DNA of 64,000 nucleotides from Vulcanimicrobiota bacterium (GTDB taxonomy: Bacteria > Vulcanimicrobiota > Vulcanimicrobiia > Vulcanimicrobiales > Vulcanimicrobiaceae). Made by a program: the position numbers and the translations under genes. Where the stretch lies: the NCBI GenBank assembly GCA_963777315.1, contig CAVZQC010000004.1, positions 800,001 to 864,000 on the forward strand. The letters are read 5' to 3'. The notes below the pieces were generated by a model. It saw only the letters and a program-made list of their open reading frames with translations. It was not told where the DNA came from and ran no database searches. Shown piece by piece: positions 1 to 9,206 of this stretch; the first letter of the stretch is position 1, and each line of letters opens with the position of its first letter.

Positions 1-1354
1 CGGCAGCGGAAAGTACGTCTTCCTGCGTCGCGTCCAACCGGCCGTAGCGGATGTTGTCCGCGATGCTCCCGCGGAACAGTTGCGCTTCCTGCGGCACGAT
101 GCCGATTGCGGCTCGCAGCGCCGCCAGGCGCACCTTGGTGAGATCCACGCCGTCGATGGTGATGCGTCCGCTCTGCGGTTCGTAGAATCGCGGGACCAAA
201 TTGACGATCGTCGTTTTACCCGCTCCCGAGGGACCGACCAGCGCGACGATTTCCCCGGCTGCTATCTCAACGCTGAAATCGTCCAGTACCGGCGCTTCCT
301 GCGGTGCATAGGCGAACCGCACGTGCTCGAACGTGATACGGCCGCGAACGTTGGTCAGATCGACCGCGCCGGGGGCATCGGCGCGTTCGACGGGCAAATC
401 GAGCACTTCGTACACGCGGCCCGCGCCGACGACGGCTTTGCTGAGTTCTCCCACAAAGGCCGCGAAGCGATTCATCGGATTGATCAGATTCGCGAGCAGG
501 CCCCAGTACATGAACAGCTCCCCGACGTCGAGCCGCCCCACGACGACCTCGCGCGTCGAAAGCCAAATGATCGCAACGACGGCGCTCGACATGAGCATCG
601 AGAGCACCAGCGGCTGGGTTTGAATGAACTGCGTGAGCTTCATGTACGTGCCGAAATATTCGTCGTTGCGGCGGCGAAAGCGATTCGCCTCGTACGTTTC
701 CCGGCCGAACGCTTTGATGATCCGCTGTCCGGTGAGCGCTTCGGTCAGCGTCGAGGAAAGATCGGAAATGCGCTGCTGCGAGCGAACGGTACCCGCCGAT
801 ATCAGCCGCTGAAACCGCGAGACGGCCAGCGAAACCACCGGCGCGACGAAGATGAGCGAGCACGTCAGCAGCCAGTCCATCTTGACCATGACGACGAACG
901 ACGACAGGAACGTAACGCTGTTGGTGAGCAGCTGCGGCAGCGAAATGCTGACCGCATCCGTCATGATCTGCAGGTCGCTGTTGAAGCGGGCGATCAAATC
1001 GCCGGGCCGCCATTTGGCGAATTCACCCAGCGGCAAACGCAGTATCCGCTCGAACAGCCGCGCGCGCAGTCCCGCGATGAGGTGCTGGCCGCTCCAGGCC
1101 ATCAAATACGTTTGCCCGTACGTCGCCAGCGCTCCCAAAATGAGCGCCACGAAGATCGCGAACAGCATGACGTACAGCACGTGCAGATCCGGATGCCGGG
1201 CGGTGATGACGTGGTTGATGATCTGCCCGAAGCCCCAGGGCGCCACCAGATTCGATAGCCCGCCCATTGCGCCCAGCACCATGGCCACCCCCAGCGTGGC
1301 GTAGTATGGGCGCGCTTCCCGCGCCAGGCGCGAGACGGTCGTACGCGGGATCAT
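1..1354 (-). CDS. ABC transporter permease/ATP-binding protein (MsbA-like exporter), 3' end runs off window
   Basis: Own translation from ATG 1354: MIPRTTVSRLAREARPYY..., TM helices, LRARLFERILRLP motif, Walker A GPSGAGKT near 215-240. Confidence 0.9.
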   Translation of the reverse strand, partial: MIPRTTVSRLAREARPYYATLGVAMVLGAMGGLSNLVAPWGFGQIINHVITARHPDLHVLYVMLFAIFVALILGALATYGQTYLMAWSGQHLIAGLRARLFERILRLPLGEFAKWRPGDLIARFNSDLQIMTDAVSISLPQLLTNSVTFLSSFVVMVKMDWLLTCSLIFVAPVVSLAVSRFQRLISAGTVRSQQRISDLSSTLTEALTGQRIIKAFGRETYEANRFRRRNDEYFGTYMKLTQFIQTQPLVLSMLMSSAVVAIIWLSTREVVVGRLDVGELFMYWGLLANLINPMNRFAAFVGELSKAVVGAGRVYEVLDLPVERADAPGAVDLTNVRGRITFEHVRFAYAPQEAPVLDDFSVEIAAGEIVALVGPSGAGKTTIVNLVPRFYEPQSGRITIDGVDLTKVRLAALRAAIGIVPQEAQLFRGSIADNIRYGRLDATQEDVLSAA

Positions 1355-1443
1355 CGCAGCCCCGCTTGCCGCCGCGGCGGGCTGAAACCTCTTGCTTTCC
1401 CGAGCGGTACATGCCGGTGCAAAGGTTTACGGGGAGATCGATC

Positions 1444-2025
1444 GTGGATTGTTACTTCCATTCAAACGTGCCGTCCGTCGCGCCGTGCGTCGATTGCGGC
1501 AAACCGATCTGCGCGACGTGCCGCGACAGCGCGGGCGTTTGCCCGAGTTGTCGTTTGGCCGCCAAAATCGACTCTGCGTCCGCAACGCGAAGAGCGGTTC
1601 CCGGACAAGTGCCGCCCCGCTCGCAGCAGTGGTGGCGCAGCGAGCCGCAGCAGCAGCCGGCGCCTCAAGCTCGCGCAACGGTCGCCGAAGCGATGGATCC
1701 GCCGGAGTCGCGCGCGCTCGTCGCGCTGGGCTATCCGCTGTGGCCGCTCGCGCTCATCGCGTTGTTCGACCGCAAACAATCCCGGCGTCTGCGCAAGCAC
1801 GCATACCAGGCGCTCGGGTTCAACGTCGGCATGGCCGCGCTGTACGGTATCTTGGCGCTGCTCACCAGCATTCCGATTTTGGGCATCAGCGCCGGTTTGA
1901 TGCTTGCGCTCATTCTTCCGGTGTTCATCGTCTTGAGCGTGTACTACGGGATCAAAGCCTGGCACGGCGACGACGTACGCGTTCCGATCATCAGCGACTG
2001 GCTGGACGATCGGATGCCTGCGTGA
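1444..2025 (+). CDS. Membrane protein: N-terminal B-box-like Zn finger plus DUF4870/Tic20-like TM domain
   Basis: GGAG then GTG 1444; CYFH...CxxCxxxxCxxC...CxxC; C-terminal three TM helices with HAYQALG and VPIIS motifs. Confidence 0.7.
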   Translation: MDCYFHSNVPSVAPCVDCGKPICATCRDSAGVCPSCRLAAKIDSASATRRAVPGQVPPRSQQWWRSEPQQQPAPQARATVAEAMDPPESRALVALGYPLWPLALIALFDRKQSRRLRKHAYQALGFNVGMAALYGILALLTSIPILGISAGLMLALILPVFIVLSVYYGIKAWHGDDVRVPIISDWLDDRMPA

Positions 2026-3433
2026 ACTGCTGATACTTTTTGAGGAATTCCCGGGCGGCAGCTTCGTGATGCACGACCGGCGGCGGATACGCCCTGCCGG
2101 CAAACAGCGGCAATTCAATCTGTGACGTAGCGCGCGGCGGAGCAGCGACAACGGCTCCGGGCACGTGCGCGAGTTCCGCGATCCATGTTTTGGCGTACGC
2201 GGCGTCCGGATCGAAACGGCGAGCCTGCTTTGCCGGATTGTAAATCCGCGGGTAGGCAGCCAGATCCGCGCCCACGCCGGCGATCCATTGCCAGTTTCCC
2301 GCGGCCAGCGCCGGCTCGTCTTCAATCAGCCGGCTTTCCCATTCAGCAGCGCCGACGCGCCAATCGACGCCCAAGTCGAAACACAAGAACGATGCGGCGA
2401 TGGCGCGCACGCGGGGATGCATCCACCCCGTCGCGTGGAGCTGGCGAATTCCGGCATCGACCAGCGGATATCCGGTGCGTCCCGTGCGCCACGCCTCCAG
2501 GTCCGGGCTGGTTTGCACGAACGGAAACTTGCGCATTTTGCGCTGCAGCGGTTCGATGTCGGTATGCGGATTATACCAGGAGAGTTGCAGGAAGAAATCG
2601 CGCAGCGCGATCGAGCGCAAAAATACTTTGAGCGAATGACGTTCTTCGGTCAGCAAGAACGGATCGTCGATCCGGCGGCGGACCAAACGAACGATCGTGC
2701 GCGCGGCTATCGTGCCGAACGAAAGATCCGCACCGAGTTTGGACGTGGCGTCGTCCGCCGGGACGTTGAGCGCAGCCGCGTACTGTAAGCCCGTCGCCCC
2801 CAGAAAGCGCTCGAACGTGGCCAAGGCTTGCCGCTCGCCGGCATCCATCGCAGGGACGTTCGAGTCGAAATCCGCCGGCTCCGGAAGCCGTTCGCCTTGC
2901 CCTTGCGGCTGCGCGAACGACAGCAGCAGCGGAAGCTCGTACGACGCCGGCTCGAGGCCGCGCCACAGCTCGTGGTAGGGAACGAAAGAACGGTAGCCTT
3001 GACCGGAGCTCGGCCGCGCGGCAGTGCCTTCTTCGGGCGTGATGGCGGGAGCGTCCTGAACGACCAGAGCGCGCAGCCCTGCTTCTTCCAAATCCGACTG
3101 CAGCCGGTCGTCGGCGTGCATTCCCGTGCGATCGAAGCTCGCGCTCCACGCGACGGTGCGCGCGCCGCACGTTCGAGCCGCGTGTTTCAAAACCGCGCCG
3201 GCTTTGCCGCGGAGCACGAGTAGACGCGTTCCGCGCTCGCGCAAAGCGGCGTCGAGCGAGTGCACGGCACCGCAATAGAATGCCGCTCGCCGCGGTGAAG
3301 CGCGAAGCCGGTTTTCGAGATCGCGATCGAGGACCAGTACGGCAAGCAGCTCCCCGTGGGCGCCCGCAGCTGCAAGCCCGGCATGGTCGTCCAGCCGCAA
3401 GTCGCGCGTAAAGCGATAGATGACCGGCGGCAT
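1991..3433 (-). CDS. Photolyase/cryptochrome family protein (divergent)
   Basis: RDLRLDD N-term, AWRTGRTGYPLVDAGIRQL, GWMH, WQW, RIYNP motifs. Confidence 0.9.
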   Translation of the reverse strand: MPPVIYRFTRDLRLDDHAGLAAAGAHGELLAVLVLDRDLENRLRASPRRAAFYCGAVHSLDAALRERGTRLLVLRGKAGAVLKHAARTCGARTVAWSASFDRTGMHADDRLQSDLEEAGLRALVVQDAPAITPEEGTAARPSSGQGYRSFVPYHELWRGLEPASYELPLLLSFAQPQGQGERLPEPADFDSNVPAMDAGERQALATFERFLGATGLQYAAALNVPADDATSKLGADLSFGTIAARTIVRLVRRRIDDPFLLTEERHSLKVFLRSIALRDFFLQLSWYNPHTDIEPLQRKMRKFPFVQTSPDLEAWRTGRTGYPLVDAGIRQLHATGWMHPRVRAIAASFLCFDLGVDWRVGAAEWESRLIEDEPALAAGNWQWIAGVGADLAAYPRIYNPAKQARRFDPDAAYAKTWIAELAHVPGAVVAAPPRATSQIELPLFAGRAYPPPVVHHEAAAREFLKKYQQFTQASDRPASR

Positions 3434-3444
3434 CGCTCCCTATC

Positions 3445-3795
3445 CTACAGCGATTCGACGTAAGCGCTGACGTCGCGAACGTCGCTGCTGCTCATGCGGC
3501 TGGGATACAGTTTAGGCATCGGCGGCTGCGGGTCGGCAACGATGGCGCGAACGGCGCGATAGGTTCGGCGCCCGCTTTCGTTCGTCAGCGCGGGACCTAT
3601 GGGTCCGCCGGTCCCGCCGGCGCCATGACACGCGGCGCATTGCTGCGCATAGAGTAATTTGCCGCGCGCCAGACTCGCTGCAGGAACGCCCAGGGATGCA
3701 GCTGTCCGCTCTTTAGCGCCATGGCCGCCGCACGAACCCAGCAATGCGGCGGCGAAAAGCAGGCAAAGCGAACGGGCTGCACGGGCAAACGGCAC
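3445..3795 (-). CDS. Lipoprotein monoheme cytochrome c
   Basis: Lipobox-like LLGSC, CAACH heme motif, distal Met in PMP. Confidence 0.85.
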   Translation of the reverse strand: MPFARAARSLCLLFAAALLGSCGGHGAKERTAASLGVPAASLARGKLLYAQQCAACHGAGGTGGPIGPALTNESGRRTYRAVRAIVADPQPPMPKLYPSRMSSSDVRDVSAYVESL

Positions 3796-3855
3796 ATCGC
3801 GCGCATTTTGCCACGCGAGCGGGTTCTCCCCGCGAACCGGTTGAAAGGCGGCGCG

Positions 3856-4920
3856 CTACTGAATTGGTTTGGGGACGCCCTCGATGCTTTGATCGTCCGA
3901 GCTCATGCGAAATGTGAATGCGTCGCGATACGTGCCCGCAACGGGACGCCCGTCTATGGTCTTGGGCACGTAGCGCGCCTGCATCGCCGCTTTGCACACC
4001 GCCTCGTCGAGCACTGCGTATCCCGCCGATTTGGTTATGACGCATTTGGTGGGCGTGCCGCGTTCGTCGACGAGCACTTCGAACACCGACGTGCCCTGAG
4101 CGCCTTCGTCGTACGCGATCATCGCGGGCTGCGGATTGATTGCCGTTTCTCCACCGACCGGAACCGCATCCCGTGTTTCCCGAGAGGAAACGACTTCAAT
4201 CGACTCGGCGGTGTGCGTGAGACTCTGCGGAGCGCTTTCACTCAGCGACGTGGTGGTGGTTCGCGCGACCGTACGCCAAGTATCGCCGTCGTTGCGGCGC
4301 CATATCGGCACGTCGGAATGCGCGGTAGAAGTTTGCGCTTGCGGCAGCGGATGAACCGTCACCGCCGCAATCTGTGCGGGTTTTGGATTTGCATCGGGCG
4401 GTGTCGCCGCCGGCGGCTGCGCGGGCAGCGGCGCGCGCGCGATCTGCACGATGTTGTGCTCGACGATCATCCGGCGCTGGCGTGCCGCGGGCGCGGGGGA
4501 TTTGGCGACGGCAGGGGCGCGCCGCTCGAGCACGATTTGCGTCGCGCCCGCGTCGATGACGACCGGAGTCGTCATGCTCGAGGAAATTCGTGGTATCGTA
4601 CTCGCCGCCAGCAAATGCACCGCCAGCGAAACGGCCGCGCATGCGGCCGCTATGCCGAGAGCGAATCCCGCCGCGCGCCTGCGGCGCCCGATGCCGCGCG
4701 CGACCACGTCGCGCAAATTCGGCTGCCATACTTCACCTTCGCGCGCATCGGCAACGACGCCAGCGGCCCGTTCGATCTCGCGTTCTCCACCGAGCTGCGA
4801 CAGGCACGGCGCGCACGTCGCGATGTGTTCGCGATACTCGCGGCGCTCCTCGTCGGTCGCTTCACCCAGTGCGACGGCTCCGCCGATACTTTCGATCCGA
4901 GCGCGCAGCGGGCAGTTCAC
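3856..4920 (-). CDS. ZAS (zf-HC2) anti-sigma factor with TM helix and C-terminal TonB_C domain
   Basis: GTG overlaps sigma TGA (GTGA); HIATCAPC; TM AAGFALGIAAACAAVSLAV; C-term GTSVFEVLVDERG..KSAGYAVLDEAV..YVP..DGRPV. Confidence 0.8.
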   Translation of the reverse strand: MNCPLRARIESIGGAVALGEATDEERREYREHIATCAPCLSQLGGEREIERAAGVVADAREGEVWQPNLRDVVARGIGRRRRAAGFALGIAAACAAVSLAVHLLAASTIPRISSSMTTPVVIDAGATQIVLERRAPAVAKSPAPAARQRRMIVEHNIVQIARAPLPAQPPAATPPDANPKPAQIAAVTVHPLPQAQTSTAHSDVPIWRRNDGDTWRTVARTTTTSLSESAPQSLTHTAESIEVVSSRETRDAVPVGGETAINPQPAMIAYDEGAQGTSVFEVLVDERGTPTKCVITKSAGYAVLDEAVCKAAMQARYVPKTIDGRPVAGTYRDAFTFRMSSDDQSIEGVPKPIQ

Positions 4921-5438
4921 GCCGTCTCCGCCATAACGGCTCGCAGGGTCCGCATCGCGCGGCAAACGCGCTGGCGAACCGCGTCGGCGCTGGTTCCGAG
5001 TATCGACGCGGCTTCTTGCGACGAGTAGCCGGCATAACTGGTCAGCATGATCGCGGCCGCCTGTTCGGCCGGCAAGCGGTGCATCGCGGATTGGAGATCG
5101 ATCGACGCCGCGCTCCTCTCGTCAATCCGCAGCGAACGCAGATCGGCGTCGCGGTCCAGCGGCAGAAACCGTAAAATCTTCTTTCTCCGAAGGTGCGAGA
5201 TCGCGGTGTTGGTTGCAGTCTTATACAGCCATCCCGCCGTCAGGGGTCGCGTGGGATCGCTCTGCAGCGTACGGTACGCGGCGAAGAACACGTCCTGCGC
5301 GATGTCCAGCGCAGCGTCCGCGTCGCCTACCATCCGGCGCACGTAGCGCGCAAGTTTGGTCTGATGCTCGCGAACCAGCGATTCGACTCTGGCATGCGCG
5401 ACCGATGCTTGCGCGGCGGTGAGGTAGAGCTGCTCCAC
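4917..5438 (-). CDS. ECF RNA polymerase sigma factor
   Basis: AALDIAQDVF, GWLYKTATN (region 2), GYSSQEAASILG (region 4); GTG 5438 behind AAGGGGG, alternative ATG 5492. Confidence 0.92.
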   Translation of the reverse strand: MEQLYLTAAQASVAHARVESLVREHQTKLARYVRRMVGDADAALDIAQDVFFAAYRTLQSDPTRPLTAGWLYKTATNTAISHLRRKKILRFLPLDRDADLRSLRIDERSAASIDLQSAMHRLPAEQAAAIMLTSYAGYSSQEAASILGTSADAVRQRVCRAMRTLRAVMAETA

Positions 5439-5460
5439 GTCGGGGCCCCCTTTGCCAGGT

Positions 5461-5486
5461 AACGGCCGACTTCGCCGCACTGTGAC
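5461..5486 (-). promoter_or_regulatory. Putative ECF autoregulatory promoter GTCACA-N16-CGTT
   Basis: Minus strand GTCACA gtgcggcgaagtcggc CGTT just upstream of the sigma RBS; resembles TGTCACA-N16-CGTC ECF promoters. Confidence 0.55.
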
Positions 5487-5506
5487 GACCATCCCGGCGC
5501 CGAGCC

Positions 5507-6523
5507 CTACCCCCCGATTTCGCTGAACGCGAGCATCCGCGAGGACGCCTCACCGACCTCCAGGTGGTGGCGTTCGGGCTTGACCAGCATCGACGCGCGA
5601 AAAATGCGGGCGATCTCTGCGGTCGAAGCACCCTCCCGCACAGGCGTGCGCAGATCGATTTCGTTATCGCCGAACAGGCACAGGCGCAGCCGGCCGTCGG
5701 CCGTGAGCCGTACCCGATTGCAGCGCTCGCAGTAGTCGTGCGACAGCGGGCTGATGACGCCCACGGCGCCCGGAGCGCCGTCGAATGCGTAGTACCGCGC
5801 CGGGCCGTTGCCGCCCGGGCCCTTGACGGCACGCAGATCGCCGATCGCGCGCACGCGTTCCAATATCTCGTCCGAACCGATGTAGGCGTCGCGCTGCACC
5901 TGCAAGTTTTCGTGTACCGGCATCACCTCGATGAAACGCACGTACACCGCGGCGTGCTTGGTCCATTGCGCGAAATCCGCAATCTCGTCGTCGTTCTTGC
6001 CGCGCATGACCACGCAGTTGATCTTCACCGGCGCAAGCCCGGCTGCAGTGCAGGCCTCGATCGCCGCCAGCACGCGATCCAACCCCGGACGCCGAGCCAG
6101 TTCCGCAAAGCGCTCGGGCCGCAGCGTGTCGAGCGACACGTTGACCCGCTGCAAACCCGCCGACCTCAATCGATCGAGCTGTTCGGCCAGCAGCAAGCCG
6201 TTGGTGGAAAGCGACACGTCGCGAATGCCCGGCGTGCGCGCGATGACGCCGACGAGCCGATCGAGATTTTTGCGAACCAGCGGTTCGCCGCCGGAAATCC
6301 GCACGCCGTTCACGCCTACTGCGGCGGCGGCCTCGACGATGCAGCCGATCTCCTCATAGGCGAGAATATCGCTCTTGGGCAGCCATGGCAGGCCGCGCTC
6401 GGGCATGCAATAAATGCAGCGCAGATTGCACTTGTCGGTCACCGAGACGCGAAGGTAGGTCACCGGCCGATCGAATTGATCGGTCAGAAGCGTCCGCGTC
6501 AGATCTATCGTTGCGCCGGCCAT
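5507..6523 (-). CDS. moaA: GTP 3',8-cyclase (radical SAM)
   Basis: LRVSVTDKCNLRCIYC, GGEP, CERCNRVRLTADGRLRLCL, C-terminal IGG. Confidence 0.97.
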   Translation of the reverse strand: MAGATIDLTRTLLTDQFDRPVTYLRVSVTDKCNLRCIYCMPERGLPWLPKSDILAYEEIGCIVEAAAAVGVNGVRISGGEPLVRKNLDRLVGVIARTPGIRDVSLSTNGLLLAEQLDRLRSAGLQRVNVSLDTLRPERFAELARRPGLDRVLAAIEACTAAGLAPVKINCVVMRGKNDDEIADFAQWTKHAAVYVRFIEVMPVHENLQVQRDAYIGSDEILERVRAIGDLRAVKGPGGNGPARYYAFDGAPGAVGVISPLSHDYCERCNRVRLTADGRLRLCLFGDNEIDLRTPVREGASTAEIARIFRASMLVKPERHHLEVGEASSRMLAFSEIGG

Positions 6524-6563
6524 ACCGATCTTGTTTACCCCGCGCAGCGGGATTCCTAGGCCG

Positions 6564-7217
6564 CTAACTCGTCGCGAACACGCTGTCGGGAATGTTCGCG
6601 TTGATCTTGAAGCCGCTGAACGTCGATTTCAGATCCGCGGTGTAGTGGGGCACCTCGACGTGCCCCGTTTGCTCGGTAACGAGCTCGTGGCCTTGGATGT
6701 TGCCGTAACTTTGGTCGAGCGTGGCATAGCCGCCGTCATTGTAATTCCAGCGCAGGGAAACGAGCTCCGCGGTTTTGTCGTCGATCTTCGCATCGATGTG
6801 GTCGATGCGCCCGTGCTTGCGCGGAACCAGTTTGAGCGCAGTGAAGCCGCCGGCGTCGCTCTCGGTCGATATTTGGTAGATTTGGGTCCATCGCGACGGG
6901 CTTTCCACTTCCGGGTACACCTTGCTGAACTGCTTGGCGATGAACGGCAAACCGCTGGTAAAGACGATCTTGTTGCGGCTGGGCTCTTTGTGGTAGAACG
7001 TTCCGTCCAGGGACGGGCTCAAGAACGGAAACGTGCGCAGCGCGATGTCGGCGTGCACGCTGGCGGTGTAGCTCCTCACCCCGTCGGTGCTCGCAATGAG
7101 CCGCTGCAGCACGGCCGAAGAGGAGGGCGACATCTGCGCTCCCGCACTCTGCACGGCCGTCAAAGCAAACGAGCACAGCGCGGCGCACGCCGTCAGATTA
7201 CGAACCAGTCGCTTCAT
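6564..7217 (-). CDS. Secreted LolA-like protein
   Basis: Signal peptide; C-terminal FSGFKINANIPDSVF typical of LolA-fold proteins. Confidence 0.55.
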   Translation of the reverse strand: MKRLVRNLTACAALCSFALTAVQSAGAQMSPSSSAVLQRLIASTDGVRSYTASVHADIALRTFPFLSPSLDGTFYHKEPSRNKIVFTSGLPFIAKQFSKVYPEVESPSRWTQIYQISTESDAGGFTALKLVPRKHGRIDHIDAKIDDKTAELVSLRWNYNDGGYATLDQSYGNIQGHELVTEQTGHVEVPHYTADLKSTFSGFKINANIPDSVFATS

Positions 7218-8380
7218 GCACCCTGTAACGCACTTGCGCGAATGAAGGGTTCCAGCGCGCGGCGGATCTCCATACGCGCGCTGCCGTCGGTTTCGCGGTG
7301 CAGGCGTTCACGCAAGGCTGCGATCGCCCGCGGAGCGCCGATATGGCCGAGCGCCCACGCGGCGTGGCCGCGTACCATCGGATGCGGATCCTCGGCAAGC
7401 GCGCGAGCGAGCGGCGCTACGGCGGCACGATCGAGCGAGTTTCCCAGCGCAACGGCCGCATTGCGCCGCAGCACCGCCGCGCCGCGCCAACCCATCCCCG
7501 TGCGCCGATACGTTCGCTTGAACTCCGCGCTGCGCAGCCTAAGCAGTTCGGGTAAAGACGGCGCCTGCGCGGCCGCCGCTGCAGGCAGGTTGGCGTCGCC
7601 GCCGGATACCGACGTGCGCGCGTTCGGCGGGCAGGACGTTTGGCACACGTCGCATCCCCACACCCACTGACCGATGAGCGCGCGCATGTGCACCGGAATG
7701 GAGTCCGTGCGCTGAGTGAGATCGGAAATGCAGCGCGTCGCATCGATCGTGTAGTCGCCGCGGAGCGCGCCGGTCGGACAGGCGGCAATGCATTGCCTGC
7801 ACGATCCGCACGTTTTGCGCAGCGGCGGATCGCACGGCAGCGGCAGCGTCGTCACGATTTCGCCCAAGAATACGAAGGAGCCGGCTTGCGGCGCGATGAG
7901 ATTGGTGTGCTTTCCGATCCATCCCAGGCCCGCGCGGGCGGCGAATGCGCGTTCGGCAAGCGGTTTGGTGTCGCATGCTACGGCGGTGACCGCAGATCCC
8001 GCGGCGCAGTCGATGACCGCGGCGACCGCGTGCAGCAGCGCTTTGAGGCGATGATGATAATCCTGCGACCAGGCGTAGTTCGACACGCGTCCGGTCAGCG
8101 CAAGCTGCGAAGGAGCCGGCGTGCGGTACGGGACGGCAATGCAGATGACTGCTTGCGCGCCCGCCAGCAGCGTCTGCGGATCGGCGGCCGCCCGCGCGTA
8201 CTGCTCGTCGTAGGGCCAAGTCGAAAAATCGGCTCGCGCAAACGCGCGCCTCATCGCGTCCTGCGTGGGCATGTCCTTTCGAGCATCGGCTACGCGCACG
8301 CCGACCGCGCCCAGCGCAATGGCTTGGGTTCTTGCGCAGCGCTTTATCGCTTCGAGCTCAGAGCGTTGCCAGCGGTCCAT
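7214..8380 (-). CDS. queG: Epoxyqueuosine reductase
   Basis: VSNYAWSQDYH, GLGWIGKH, CGSCRQCIAACPT, GCDVCQTSCP, C-terminal HEAT repeats; start approximate. Confidence 0.95.
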   Translation of the reverse strand: MDRWQRSELEAIKRCARTQAIALGAVGVRVADARKDMPTQDAMRRAFARADFSTWPYDEQYARAAADPQTLLAGAQAVICIAVPYRTPAPSQLALTGRVSNYAWSQDYHHRLKALLHAVAAVIDCAAGSAVTAVACDTKPLAERAFAARAGLGWIGKHTNLIAPQAGSFVFLGEIVTTLPLPCDPPLRKTCGSCRQCIAACPTGALRGDYTIDATRCISDLTQRTDSIPVHMRALIGQWVWGCDVCQTSCPPNARTSVSGGDANLPAAAAAQAPSLPELLRLRSAEFKRTYRRTGMGWRGAAVLRRNAAVALGNSLDRAAVAPLARALAEDPHPMVRGHAAWALGHIGAPRAIAALRERLHRETDGSARMEIRRALEPFIRASALQGA

Positions 8381-9206
8381 CCTGCACCCTAAATGCCGCA
8401 TCGATTGCCGCAACGTCCTGCTCGTCAAGCGTAAAATTCCATGCGGCGGCGTTGTCCTCGACGTGCTGCACGCGCGATGCTTTCGGGATCGCGAACGCGT
8501 TTGAATCGCGCGTGAGAAAATTCAAGATCACCGCGCGCACCGTTGCCGCATGTTTTGCGGCAATGCGACCGAGGACGCCCTCGGGCTTGGCCTGTTCGCG
8601 GGGAAAACGCGACCGGCCAAAGGGCGTGTATCCGACGACGGCGATGCCGTTCTGCGCGCAATACGGCATCAGGCGCGCCTGCGCGGTGCGCTCGTTGAGA
8701 TGGTAGAGCACCTGATCGCATGCGAGCCGAACGTCACGCAGATGCCCGGCAGCGCGGGCAAGCTCGTCCACGTCGAAGTTGCTCACGCCGATAAAGCGCG
8801 CTTTGCCCGTCCGCACCAGCTCTTCCAGCGCGCGCATCGTCTCTTCGAGCGGATGCGACCCCGGCCAGTGCAGCAGATACAGATCGACGTAATCGGTGCG
8901 AAGGCGGCGCAGCGAACGCTCGCAGGCCGCTATCGTCCCCTTGTGCGATGCGTTCCCCGGCAGCACTTTGGTCGTGAGAAACAACCGCTCCCGCGGCACG
9001 CCCGCGATCGCATCGCCGACGATTTCCTCCACTCGGCCGGCGCCGTACATCTCGGCGGTGTCGATGTGCGTCAGGCCCAGATCGATGCCGCGAAGCAGCG
9101 CGTGCACCGCTTCCTGGCGCCCGGGACCGCTTTCCGGAATGTCCCACGTACCTTGACCGATCGCGGGTACCTCGATCCCGGTGCAGCCGAAAAGTTTGCG
9201 GATCAC
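8358..9206 (-). CDS. Aldo/keto reductase
   Basis: IGQGTW, IDTAEMYG, DLYLLHWP, IGVSNF, IPK. Confidence 0.93.
   Translation of the reverse strand: MIRKLFGCTGIEVPAIGQGTWDIPESGPGRQEAVHALLRGIDLGLTHIDTAEMYGAGRVEEIVGDAIAGVPRERLFLTTKVLPGNASHKGTIAACERSLRRLRTDYVDLYLLHWPGSHPLEETMRALEELVRTGKARFIGVSNFDVDELARAAGHLRDVRLACDQVLYHLNERTAQARLMPYCAQNGIAVVGYTPFGRSRFPREQAKPEGVLGRIAAKHAATVRAVILNFLTRDSNAFAIPKASRVQHVEDNAAAWNFTLDEQDVAAIDAAFRVQDGPLATL

Noticed and set aside
6524..6563. Moco riboswitch upstream of moaA
   Set aside because: Intergenic space is only 40 nt
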